Source: Bacteroidota bacterium (GTDB taxonomy: Bacteria; Bacteroidota; Bacteroidia; Palsa-948). From it: a stretch of DNA of 55,456 bases. How positions within the stretch are numbered: position 1 is the stretch's first letter; the number at the start of each line of letters is the position of its first letter. The stretch spans positions 1-55,456 of the forward strand of contig JAHEYJ010000003.1 of the NCBI GenBank assembly GCA_023251675.1. Reading direction: 5' to 3'. A model generated the notes under the pieces. The model was not told the DNA's origin. It did no database searches and saw only the letters and a program-made list of their open reading frames with translations. This document shows positions 46,143-55,456 of this stretch, in pieces. A program made the position numbers and the translations under genes.

Positions 46143-46434
46143 TCCTGGTTACTAATTAACAAATCCATTGCGAATGTTACAAATTGCTCACGGTGTTATT
46201 CGTAATATTCGTTACTGATTCGTTTATTTGTATGCAGACAACCTGTTTTATATAAAATCCGAGTTACTTACATCACCAAAAAAAAGTCAATCCAAGTTAC
46301 TTACTTTGACAAATTATTCTCAACTTCGCGCCACTACTAATTACGAATTGCAAACGAATGTACAAATGAATACAAAAAGCAAATGCAATAATTCATTATT
46401 CGTAACATTAGTAAAAATTCGCTATTCGTAACCT

Positions 46435-47832
46435 ATGAAGAACAGATACCGCGACCTTATCCAGCAAACATTCCACTTTCCGCAGGAAGGATTCAACGTG
46501 ATCGATGGAGATCTCCATTTCTGCGATGTTCCGCTGATGGACATCATCAAACAGTACGGAACTCCGCTGAAGATCACGTATCTTCCGAAGATCGGGCAGC
46601 AGATCCAAAAAGCCAAAAAACTTTTCAATGTTGCTATGGCAAAGGCCGATTACAAAGGTAGCTATACTTACTGTTACTGCACCAAGTCGTCCCATTTTTC
46701 TTTTGTGATGGATGAGGCAATAAAGAACGGAGCGCACCTTGAAACTTCGTCTGCCTATGACATTCCGATCATCAAAGAATTATACCGCACGGGAAAGATC
46801 GACAAGAACACCTACGTGATCTGCAACGGATACAAACGCAAACCTTATCCGCAATATATTGTTGATCTCATCAACAGCGGCTATAAGAATGTAATTCCGA
46901 TCCTGGACAACAAAAGCGAGCTGGAATATTACAAACGCTACGTAAAAGGAACGTGCAACCTCGGCATCCGCATTGCATCAGAAGAAGAACCGACGTATGA
47001 TTATTATACTTCCCGTTTGGGAATCCGCTATAAGGAAATTGTTCCTTTTTATAAAGAACGCATCAAGGGAAACAAAAAGCTGAAACTGAAAATGCTTCAC
47101 TTCTTTGTGAGCGCCGGAATAAAAGACACCATCTATTACTGGACTGAACTCGCCAAATGCCTGAGCGTGTATGCAGAGTTGAAGCGGATTTGCCCTGAAC
47201 TTGATTCGCTGAATGTGGGCGGCGGACTTCCGATCCGTACTTCACTAGGCTTTGAATTTGATTATGAGTATATCATTGAAGAAATTGTTTCGCAGATAAA
47301 AACTTTCTGCAAGCAGAATAAAATAAAAGAACCGAATATTTTCACCGAGTTCGGATCGTTCACGGTAGGAGAAAGCGGGGCCGCACTTTATTCGGTAGCG
47401 GACCAGAAACAACAGAACGACCGCGAACTCTGGTACATGATCGATTCATCGTTCATCACTACGCTGCCGGATACATGGGGAATTAATCAGCGGTTCATTC
47501 TTCTTGCCGTAAACCACTGGGACAAAGAATACCAGCGGGTGAACCTGGGCGGGATGAGCTGTGATGGGCTCGACTATTACAACACCGAAGCCCATACAGA
47601 ACAAATTTATCTCCCGAAGATCGGCCACGGATCGGATGGTCCGCTTTATATTGGATTCTTTCACACAGGAGCATACCAGGAAGCATTGGCCGGTTATGGC
47701 GGAATTCAACACTGCCTGATCCCATCGCCCAAGCATGTGCTGATCGACCGCGATGAGAACGGAGAGATCACAACAAAACTTTTTGCAAAGGAACAGACCT
47801 ACAAGTCGATGCTAAAAACACTGGGGTATTGA
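46435..47832 (+). CDS. speA: Arginine decarboxylase (Bacteroidota type)
   Basis: YCYCTKSSH (PLP Lys), SRLGIRY, LNVGGG, TEFGSFTVGESG, HTGAYQE. Confidence 0.88.
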   Translation: MKNRYRDLIQQTFHFPQEGFNVIDGDLHFCDVPLMDIIKQYGTPLKITYLPKIGQQIQKAKKLFNVAMAKADYKGSYTYCYCTKSSHFSFVMDEAIKNGAHLETSSAYDIPIIKELYRTGKIDKNTYVICNGYKRKPYPQYIVDLINSGYKNVIPILDNKSELEYYKRYVKGTCNLGIRIASEEEPTYDYYTSRLGIRYKEIVPFYKERIKGNKKLKLKMLHFFVSAGIKDTIYYWTELAKCLSVYAELKRICPELDSLNVGGGLPIRTSLGFEFDYEYIIEEIVSQIKTFCKQNKIKEPNIFTEFGSFTVGESGAALYSVADQKQQNDRELWYMIDSSFITTLPDTWGINQRFILLAVNHWDKEYQRVNLGGMSCDGLDYYNTEAHTEQIYLPKIGHGSDGPLYIGFFHTGAYQEALAGYGGIQHCLIPSPKHVLIDRDENGEITTKLFAKEQTYKSMLKTLGY

Positions 47833-47983
47833 TTTTTTCCTGATTCTCTCTCTTTCACTTTAATTATTGCATTTGTGATATGCAACTAAAAAGGTATTGA
47901 TTTCGTCTTTAACCTAGCTGTTGCTTAAATTTTTTACCCTCAGAAAAATATTACTTCCTTTGCCCTAATCTTCTAAAAGCGAA

Positions 47984-50900
47984 ATGGCACGAAAAATACG
48001 AAATGAGTTTTTTTCTTTGAGCATAGTACGCTTCCTGTTTACTTTTTCCTTTTTAATTTTTACTTTCTGCTTCTGTGACGCCCAACGCGGAAAAAGCGGC
48101 ACTCCTCCTGCCATAACTACTTCTACTGTTGTTAATGAATATACTTCACTCACTGCCAATGCAGCAGCGGGGGCAACCACTATTACGGTAGCCGCCAGTA
48201 CATTAAATGCTAACGGAAGATTTCCGGCAGTCCTTGCCGCCGGAGACCTTATCCTGATCATCCAGTTGCAGGGAGCAACGATCAGCGCCCGCGACTCCAA
48301 CCAGTGGGATCCTAACCAGGCCCCCAGAGACAGTTCCTGGGGCATGATCAACAATTACAGCAACTGCGGAAAATGGGAATTCGGAGAGGTGTATAGTGTG
48401 CCTAACGGGACATCTATCACGCTGGACTGTCAGTTGAAAAACAATTACACTGCAGGAGGCAAAGTCATCGTGGTCCGCGTTCCAAGATATGCATCATTAA
48501 CTATTAACAACGGCGGCACTATTACCTGCGATGCCTGGAACGGTACCATCGGAGGAATTTGTGCCATCGAAGTTCAGAATAACACAACCATAAATGCCGG
48601 CGGTTTCATAGATGCCACCGGAAAAGGATTCAGAGGAGGAAGTACGCATGTGCAAAATAATTCTTTTTGGAATCTAAATGAATCGGCAAAAAAAGATGAC
48701 TCCATGGGTGCTGAAAAAGGCGAAGGAGTTGTTGGTTACCAGGCGGCCGGTTATAATATTTATGGAGGAATGTACTGCAGAGGTGCCGGTGGGAATGCCG
48801 GCGGCGGCGGCGATGCACATAACTGCGGTGGCGGTGGCGGAGCAAATGCTGGTGATACTACACTTTGGAACGGACATGGAAATCCGGATAATTCGGTAGC
48901 AGGCTATTCAACTGCATGGGATCGTCAGTGGGTAAATTTTTCTGCGAACACTTCCTCCGGGGGAGGACAGGGAGGATATTCTTTTTCTGCCAGTGACCGC
49001 AACCCAACGACAACATCCCCGGGCAATACATCATGGGGAGGTGACAACCGCCATCCTTACGGAGGCCTTGGAGGAAGGCCCGTTGATTATTCAACAGGAA
49101 GATTATTTCTCGGCGGCGGCGGCGGATCAGGAGATCAGGATGACAATGACGGAGGTAAGGGTGGAAACGGAGGGGCATTAATTTACCTGATGAATTACGG
49201 AACTGTTTCCGGCGCAGGAACCATCCGTTCAAACGGGAACAACGGTTCTAATACAACCGGCGCAGGAATAGATGGAGCAGGTGGCGGAGGTGCAGGAGGA
49301 ACGATCGTAATAAATTCTGTCGGAACTTGTTCGACAAGCATAACGATAAATGCGAATGGTGGAATCGGAGGAACCCAGACCGTTAATACAATTACAACGA
49401 CTGAAGCTGAAGGTCCTGGAGGAGGAGGAGGAGGAGGGTATATTGCTGTATCATCAGGCACGCCAACCCGAACGGCAACCGGAGGGACAAACGGAACGAC
49501 CAATTCTCCGGGCGTAAATCCACAATTTCCCCCTAACGGTGCAACCAAAGGAGGAACAGGAAATAACAATGCAGTGGTAACAAACTTCGTCATCAATGCG
49601 CCGAATGTTACCATCTGCGCGGGACAAGCGGCAACACTTACAGCAACACTTACCGGAACAGTACCGCTGGGAACAACCATTGTTTGGTACGATGCACTTG
49701 TTGCGGGAAATGTAATCGGGAATGGAAGCCCGTTCATTACTCCGGTTCTTTCAGCCGGAACTTATACTTTTTATGTTGGTACTTGCCCCGGCACCTACCA
49801 TCAGCCGGTAATCGTCACTGCAACGTTGAACGGAATTATTTCAGCAGGGGCCGATGTAACGGTATGCAGTTCAGCCAGCACAACACTGAATGCTTCGGGC
49901 GCATCCACCTATACCTGGTCACCAACAACCGGGTTAAGCAATCCGAATATTTCTAACCCGGTTGCTACACCTGCTGCAACGACCACTTATATATGTTCGG
50001 CTACAACTTCCTGCGGGACTGCAAAAGATACAGTGGTGGTGAATGTAACTTCAAATGCTGTAGCTGGAATTTCAGGCAACACCACGATCTGTTCAGGCGG
50101 CACAACCACACTGACGGCCAGCGGAGGAGGAAATTATTCCTGGACAACAGGCTCTACCGGTTCTTCCATCACCGTTTCTCCTACCACTAATACCACTTAT
50201 TCTTTATTTGCCGGCAGCGGGGCCTGCGCTGATACAGCCAGTGTTACGGTGACCGTTTCAAGCGGGATCACCGCAAGTATTTCCGGCAACACCACCATTT
50301 GTCCGGGCAGCCCGACAACACTCACCGCAACCGGAGGAAGCAGTTATTCCTGGAGTACAACGTCCACGTCAGCTTCTATCACAGTTTCTCCAACTGCTAC
50401 TTCCACTTATTCGGTAATTGCATCCTCGGGTACCTGCGCCGATACAGCCAGCATCACACTTACCATTTCCAATAATATTACGGCAGTCATTACAGGCGCA
50501 ACAACCATTTGTACAGGAGGAAGCGCCATTCTGAACGCATCGGGAGGAAATAATTATTCGTGGACAACGGGTTCAACCGGTTCTACCATTACTGTATCAC
50601 CTACAACGAACACTACCTATTCTGTCATTGCCTCCTCCGGAACCTGTGCCGATACGGCAAGCGCAACGGTAACAGTTTCAAATGGGATCACAGCAAGCAT
50701 TTCAGGAAATACAACCATTTGCCCGGGCAGCCCGACAACACTCACTGCAACCGGAGGAAGCAGTTATTCGTGGAGTACTACTTCAACCGCAGCCCAAATA
50801 ACTGTATCACCAACTGCTACTTCAACTTATTCTGTTATTGCTTCATCGGGAACCTGCGCCGATACAACCAGCATCACAATTACAATTTCCAATAATGTTG

Positions 50901-52459
50901 CTGCAGCAATTTCCGGAGCAACCACTATTTGTTCAGGTGGCAGCATCACGTTAACTGCATCAGGAGGGAATAATTATTCTTGGACAACAGGCTCAACCGG
51001 TTCATCAATAACCGTTTCACCTACTGCAAATACAACCTACTCTGTCATTGCGTCTTCCGGGGCCTGTGCTGATACTGCGTCAGCCACAGTCACCGTTGCT
51101 TCCAACATCGTTGGAGCCATAGCAGGAAATCTGATCGTCTGTGGCGGCAGCAGCACAACGCTTACTGCAAATGGCGGAACGAATTATTCCTGGAGCAACG
51201 GTTCAACAGATGTGTCGATTATCGTTTCACCTACATCGAACACAACCTATTCTGTCATTGCTTCCTCCGGGGCATGTGCAGATACCGTTGCTTCCACCGT
51301 CACTTTTGTTTCGTCTGTTACCGCTTCCATTTCAGGGAACCTGACCGTATGCGCCGGAAGCAGTACAACACTGAACGCATCGGGTGGAACAAATTATTCC
51401 TGGAGCAATGGCAACACCAATGCGGTTATCTCTGTTTCACCTACCGGTGCAACTTCGTATTCAGTGATCGTTTCAACCGGTACGTGTGCTGATACAACCT
51501 CCGCTTCAGTAAATGTATTGCCCGTTCCAACTCCAAGCATGACCGCTACCAATCTTACGATCTGCGGAGGAAATCCTACAACGCTCTCTGCTAGCGGCGG
51601 AACCACCTATCAGTGGAGTAATGGCCAAACGACAGCGACAATTATAATAACACCCGGCAGCACAACTACCTATTCGGTTGTAGCCGGCAATGGAATTTGT
51701 ACCGGAACAACAAGTGTGACGGTGAATGTGCTTCCATCTCCAAATGCAGTCATTAATGGTAATCTGAATATATGCCAGGGATCTGCCGCATCACTTACCG
51801 CTTCCGGCGGAACATCCTATTCGTGGAGTACGGGTCAAACAACTGCCGGAATAAATCCATCTGCACCGGGATCCTATTCCGTTGTGGCGACAACAGGCTC
51901 CTGCTCCGATGCTGCCGTTGCCAATGTTGTGGTGCATCCATTACCGACTGCAACTGCTTTTTCAAATGTGCTTATTATCCAGGGACAAAGTACCAATCTC
52001 ACTGCGACAGGCGGGGTTTCCTATTTATGGACCAACAACATGACCGGAAGCAGCATTACGGTTTCACCGCAAACAACTACTTATTATTGTGTGACCGCAA
52101 CGGATGGTAACGGATGTTCCGACACGGCCTGCGTAACGGTTACCGTTGAACATTGCACGGGTACACTTTTTTTGCCCAATGCCTTTTCACCAAACGGTGA
52201 TGGAGACAACGACTCCCTGCAGATCTATTACAGGATTCCTCAATGCATTGAATCGCTCAAACTGATCATCTATAACCGTTGGGGAGAAAAAGTTTATGAA
52301 ACAAACGACCGTGCTTTCCGGTGGAGCGGAATTTACAATAGCGGACTTCTACAAAACACGATGGTTGGCGGACATGAAGTATATGCATACTACCTTGAGG
52401 TTAAAATGGTAGATGGCCAATCCATTTCCAAAAAAGGAAATATCAGCCTGTTGAAATAA
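47984..52459 (+). CDS. Large secreted adhesin-like protein: Gly-rich N-terminus, Ig-like repeats, T9SS type B (gliding-motility-associated) C-terminal domain
   Basis: Repeats of TICxGxxxTLxAxGGxxYSW...C, and C-terminal LPNAFSPNGDGDND...IYNRWGE...KGNISLLK. Confidence 0.9.
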   Translation: MARKIRNEFFSLSIVRFLFTFSFLIFTFCFCDAQRGKSGTPPAITTSTVVNEYTSLTANAAAGATTITVAASTLNANGRFPAVLAAGDLILIIQLQGATISARDSNQWDPNQAPRDSSWGMINNYSNCGKWEFGEVYSVPNGTSITLDCQLKNNYTAGGKVIVVRVPRYASLTINNGGTITCDAWNGTIGGICAIEVQNNTTINAGGFIDATGKGFRGGSTHVQNNSFWNLNESAKKDDSMGAEKGEGVVGYQAAGYNIYGGMYCRGAGGNAGGGGDAHNCGGGGGANAGDTTLWNGHGNPDNSVAGYSTAWDRQWVNFSANTSSGGGQGGYSFSASDRNPTTTSPGNTSWGGDNRHPYGGLGGRPVDYSTGRLFLGGGGGSGDQDDNDGGKGGNGGALIYLMNYGTVSGAGTIRSNGNNGSNTTGAGIDGAGGGGAGGTIVINSVGTCSTSITINANGGIGGTQTVNTITTTEAEGPGGGGGGGYIAVSSGTPTRTATGGTNGTTNSPGVNPQFPPNGATKGGTGNNNAVVTNFVINAPNVTICAGQAATLTATLTGTVPLGTTIVWYDALVAGNVIGNGSPFITPVLSAGTYTFYVGTCPGTYHQPVIVTATLNGIISAGADVTVCSSASTTLNASGASTYTWSPTTGLSNPNISNPVATPAATTTYICSATTSCGTAKDTVVVNVTSNAVAGISGNTTICSGGTTTLTASGGGNYSWTTGSTGSSITVSPTTNTTYSLFAGSGACADTASVTVTVSSGITASISGNTTICPGSPTTLTATGGSSYSWSTTSTSASITVSPTATSTYSVIASSGTCADTASITLTISNNITAVITGATTICTGGSAILNASGGNNYSWTTGSTGSTITVSPTTNTTYSVIASSGTCADTASATVTVSNGITASISGNTTICPGSPTTLTATGGSSYSWSTTSTAAQITVSPTATSTYSVIASSGTCADTTSITITISNNVAAAISGATTICSGGSITLTASGGNNYSWTTGSTGSSITVSPTANTTYSVIASSGACADTASATVTVASNIVGAIAGNLIVCGGSSTTLTANGGTNYSWSNGSTDVSIIVSPTSNTTYSVIASSGACADTVASTVTFVSSVTASISGNLTVCAGSSTTLNASGGTNYSWSNGNTNAVISVSPTGATSYSVIVSTGTCADTTSASVNVLPVPTPSMTATNLTICGGNPTTLSASGGTTYQWSNGQTTATIIITPGSTTTYSVVAGNGICTGTTSVTVNVLPSPNAVINGNLNICQGSAASLTASGGTSYSWSTGQTTAGINPSAPGSYSVVATTGSCSDAAVANVVVHPLPTATAFSNVLIIQGQSTNLTATGGVSYLWTNNMTGSSITVSPQTTTYYCVTATDGNGCSDTACVTVTVEHCTGTLFLPNAFSPNGDGDNDSLQIYYRIPQCIESLKLIIYNRWGEKVYETNDRAFRWSGIYNSGLLQNTMVGGHEVYAYYLEVKMVDGQSISKKGNISLLK
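50051..51520 (+). repeat. 210-bp (70-aa) intragenic Ig-like repeats
   Basis: Units at a 210-bp period. 50261 and 50681 are near-identical (CCGGGCAGCCCGACAACACTCAC). Confidence 0.85.
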
Positions 52460-52573
52460 TTATCTCTTCGGTACGATTTTGGATATTGTTTGGTATACTT
52501 TTAAATCCAAATCAAAGTAACCAGCTCTTCAAAAACAATTTTACGACAGTTAAAACTTTCCAAAAAAGAATAT

Positions 52574-52996
52574 ATGGACAGAAGAAATTTTTTCAGGACA
52601 TCCTTTCTTGTAGGGGGATTAGGAGTGGCCGGCACTGTAGCTTTCCTGGAAAGTTGTAAAAAAAATAATACACCACCATCACCCCAGGGCCCTACAGTAA
52701 ATTTCACCCTTGACCTTACGCTGCCGGCAAACGCTTCCTTGAACAATCCCGGGGGATCTTTATCTTCCAACGGGGTAGTTATAGCCAATGTGGGCGGATC
52801 GTATATTGCCGTTGCGCAAAGCTGCACGCACAATGGCTGCAGTGTAGGATACAATTCCGGCGGCAATAATTTTGTTTGTCCCTGCCACAGTGGTGTTTTC
52901 GATACGAATGGAAATGTAGTTTCCGGGCCGCCGCCGGCGCCGCTTAAAAAATATTCGGCAGTTAAGAATGGAAATATTCTGACGATTTCCGGATAA
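52574..52996 (+). CDS. Rieske 2Fe-2S protein with Tat-type signal
   Basis: RRNFF, LESC, CTHNGC, CPCHSG. Confidence 0.92.
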   Translation: MDRRNFFRTSFLVGGLGVAGTVAFLESCKKNNTPPSPQGPTVNFTLDLTLPANASLNNPGGSLSSNGVVIANVGGSYIAVAQSCTHNGCSVGYNSGGNNFVCPCHSGVFDTNGNVVSGPPPAPLKKYSAVKNGNILTISG

Positions 52997-53018
52997 CAAC
53001 AACAAAACTTTTTTTCAG

Positions 53019-54065
53019 TTATTCCCTTTCCCGGGAATAGGCCTTTAAAGGATTGGCTGAAATTTCTTTTTCGCCTTTTCGTGTTGAAAAAATATCACAG
53101 GCAAGATAGACTGCCGAACGAAAAGAGTTTTCGCTGGCTTTGTTCTGTCCTGCAATATCATAACCCACTCCATGGTCGGGCGAAGTGCGGACAACCGGAA
53201 GTCCTGCTGTGTAATTCACCCCTGAATCGAATGCCAGCGTTTTGAACGGCGCCAATCCCTGATCATGATACATGGCCAGTACGGCATCAAATTTCAAATG
53301 CATCGCCGTTCCGAAAAATCCATCGGCAGAATAGGGACCGAACACGGTGGCGCCTTCGGCCTTGGCTTTTGCAATGGCAGGAACAATTACCGCCTGTTCT
53401 TCTCCTCCCAACGTTCCGTTATCGCCGGCATGCGGGTTTAATCCGAGCACGGCAATTTTTGGTTTGCGAATGGCAAAATCCTCTGTTAGTGATTTGCTCA
53501 GCAGCTTTATTTTCTGAACAATTTTATCCTGGTTAATAAGCGCAGAAACATTTGCCAGCGGAACATGGCCCGTGACGACCCCAACCCGGAAATGATCCGA
53601 ACACATGAGCATGAGAGCGGTACTGTTAAAACGGGTTTCTAAATATTCGGTGTGTCCTTTGAACTGAAACTGTTCCGACTGAATATTATGTTTATTGACC
53701 GGGGCGGTAACCAGCACATCTATTTTTTTTTGCTCCAGCGCTTCGCAGGCGGCATCGATGGATTTCACTGCAAACTTCCCTGCCATCTCCGTTGATTTTC
53801 CAAATTCAATGTTTACTTCTTCTTCATATACGTTGCAGATATTGAATTGCTTGGGCAACGACTGCTCGGCACTTCTGACCTGGTTGAAACGCATATCCAG
53901 ATTCAATACCTTACGGTGATAGGAAAATGTTTTCTGAGAGCCGAAAAGGACAGGCGTACATACTTCAAGCATGGAAGGATCAAAAAATGTTTTAATGATC
54001 ACTTCAAGCCCGATCCCGTTCAGGTCACCTTGTGTTATTCCTACCTTTATTTTTTCTGAAGACAT
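53019..54065 (-). CDS. pdxA: 4-hydroxythreonine-4-phosphate dehydrogenase
   Basis: GDLNGIGLE, TAPVNK, GHTE, GLNPHAG, MYHDQGL, RTSPDHG. Confidence 0.95.
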   Translation of the reverse strand: MSSEKIKVGITQGDLNGIGLEVIIKTFFDPSMLEVCTPVLFGSQKTFSYHRKVLNLDMRFNQVRSAEQSLPKQFNICNVYEEEVNIEFGKSTEMAGKFAVKSIDAACEALEQKKIDVLVTAPVNKHNIQSEQFQFKGHTEYLETRFNSTALMLMCSDHFRVGVVTGHVPLANVSALINQDKIVQKIKLLSKSLTEDFAIRKPKIAVLGLNPHAGDNGTLGGEEQAVIVPAIAKAKAEGATVFGPYSADGFFGTAMHLKFDAVLAMYHDQGLAPFKTLAFDSGVNYTAGLPVVRTSPDHGVGYDIAGQNKASENSFRSAVYLACDIFSTRKGEKEISANPLKAYSRERE

Positions 54066-54163
54066 ATTTTTTGAATATCGAATACGGAACAAGGAATGAT
54101 GAATACTGAAATTTTATTTTATTTCAACATTCATTATTTTTTGTTCGCTATTCATGATTATAA

Positions 54164-55456
54164 TTAATAATTTTTAAGAAAATCAAATAGAAGACGAACC
54201 CCTGTACCGGTACCGCCTTTTCCCCTATAGGAATCTTTTGTATGTAAAAAAGCGGGCCCTGCAATATCCAGGTGAATCCATGGATAATCGGTGAAACGTG
54301 CCAGGAATTTTCCAGCGGTAATCGCTCCGCCGAAAGGGCCGCCGATATTTTTCATGTCGGCAATATCCGATTTAATAAGTTCATCGTATTCCTCCCAGAA
54401 AGGAAATTCGGCTATTCGCTCGTAAACTTTATTTCCGCTGTTCTTTAATTTATTCTTTTGTGATTCGCCGGCTGTTCCCATTGCTACAATTCCAAGAGGG
54501 CCTACAGCGGCGGCGGCTGCACCGGTAAGCGTTGCCAGGTCGATCACCAGTTCAGGAGAATATTGTTTTGCCCACGAAAGTGCATCGGCCAGGATCATTC
54601 TTCCTTCCGCATCGGCATTTAACATCTCTACCATCTGCCCGTCATGCATTTTTATCACATCTCCCGGCGCATAGGCATTTCCTCCCGGACGGTTATCCGT
54701 TGAAGGCACCAATCCGATCACATGCATGGGAAGTTTTGCTTTTGCAACGGCATACATCGCTCCGCCTACAGCGGCAGCGCCTGCCATGTCGCACTTCATA
54801 TAATCCATTGAATTCCCGGTTGGCTTCAGGCTCAATCCACCGGTATCATACACCACTCCTTTTCCGACAAGCACAACCGGTTTTTTATTTTTCACCCGTT
54901 TGGGTTTCCATTCCATTATCGTAAATGTCGGCGGATCAATGCTTCCTAAATTAACCGCGAGCAGCCCTCCCATTTTAAGCGATTGAATTTTTGCTTTATC
55001 AAACACCGTAACCTTAAAACCCGCTTCTTTTCCAAGCTGAAGAAATTCTTTGGCAAGCTGCGTGGCATTGAGCGTGCTCACCGGTTCGTTGACAAGCGTT
55101 TTTGCTCGTGCAACTGCGTCAACTGTTATTTGTATTTGTTCTACTTCTTTTACATTTACTTTTTTACTGCTGATATAAATACTTTTAAGTGTATTGCTTT
55201 CTTTCAGCACATCTTTCGTTTTGTATTTAATAAACTGGTAATTACCCAGTGCAATCCCTTCCGTTAATGCCAGCGTTGATTTTGTGTCGCCAATTGCATC
55301 TACAACCACAACCGATTCTTTTTTCGCTTCGTTGAGCAGCATCGCAATTTTATCTCCTGTTTTTCTGCAGGCTTCGAGGGTAGGCGATTCTTTATCTTTT
55401 TTATCCAGAACAGATAAAATGACCAGGCGCCTCAGCTGATTAATGACAACTAATTT
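54164..55456 (-). CDS. pepA: Leucyl aminopeptidase (M17), N-terminus off window
   Basis: VGKGVVYDTGG, MKCDMAG, NADAEGR, ATLTGA, HLDIAG. The frame stays open to the window end. Confidence 0.93.
   Translation of the reverse strand, partial: KLVVINQLRRLVILSVLDKKDKESPTLEACRKTGDKIAMLLNEAKKESVVVVDAIGDTKSTLALTEGIALGNYQFIKYKTKDVLKESNTLKSIYISSKKVNVKEVEQIQITVDAVARAKTLVNEPVSTLNATQLAKEFLQLGKEAGFKVTVFDKAKIQSLKMGGLLAVNLGSIDPPTFTIMEWKPKRVKNKKPVVLVGKGVVYDTGGLSLKPTGNSMDYMKCDMAGAAAVGGAMYAVAKAKLPMHVIGLVPSTDNRPGGNAYAPGDVIKMHDGQMVEMLNADAEGRMILADALSWAKQYSPELVIDLATLTGAAAAAVGPLGIVAMGTAGESQKNKLKNSGNKVYERIAEFPFWEEYDELIKSDIADMKNIGGPFGGAITAGKFLARFTDYPWIHLDIAGPAFLHTKDSYRGKGGTGTGVRLLFDFLKNY

Noticed and set aside
43358-47832. 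argS-arginase-speA as a novel pathway cluster
   Set aside because: Ordinary arginine and polyamine genes with no unusual partner.

Overview
The window is Bacteroidota chromosomal DNA (T9SS cargo proteins, TAnnTTTG promoters, ftsK-lolA, speA) in two parts. (1) Positions 1-~14560 are the visibly AT-richer right part of an integrated mobilizable element whose left end is outside the window. It ends at a tRNA-Val(TAC) gene that is truncated just after the anticodon loop. It carries a tyrosine integrase, an excisionase-like gene, a VirD4/TraG coupling protein, a MobC-like gene, a HUH relaxase and several small ORFs. Two patterns stand out. First, a 2.7-kb segment holding two convergent genes (a pentapeptide-repeat protein and a PLP aminotransferase-like protein) is bracketed by 23-bp inverted repeats (22/23 identical). 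Each repeat sits directly in front of one start codon, next to a second tyrosine recombinase that an IS3 element has interrupted. This is a candidate either/or gene-inversion switch. Second, the relaxase, the integrase and four small ORFs share a C-terminal motif R-x-x-[ED]-[ILV]-x-x-[ILVM]-[RK] followed by a 10-14 aa tail, a candidate conjugative translocation signal. (2) Positions ~14700-55456 are core genome: isoaspartyl peptidase, ftsK/lolA, a beta-oxidation cluster, argS/arginase/speA, T9SS substrates, pdxA and pepA. This part holds many small palindromic and heptamer repeats (several inserted in frame in genes), duplicated gene 3' ends and one frameshifted lipoprotein gene. All calls come from motif reading by eye; no database search was run.
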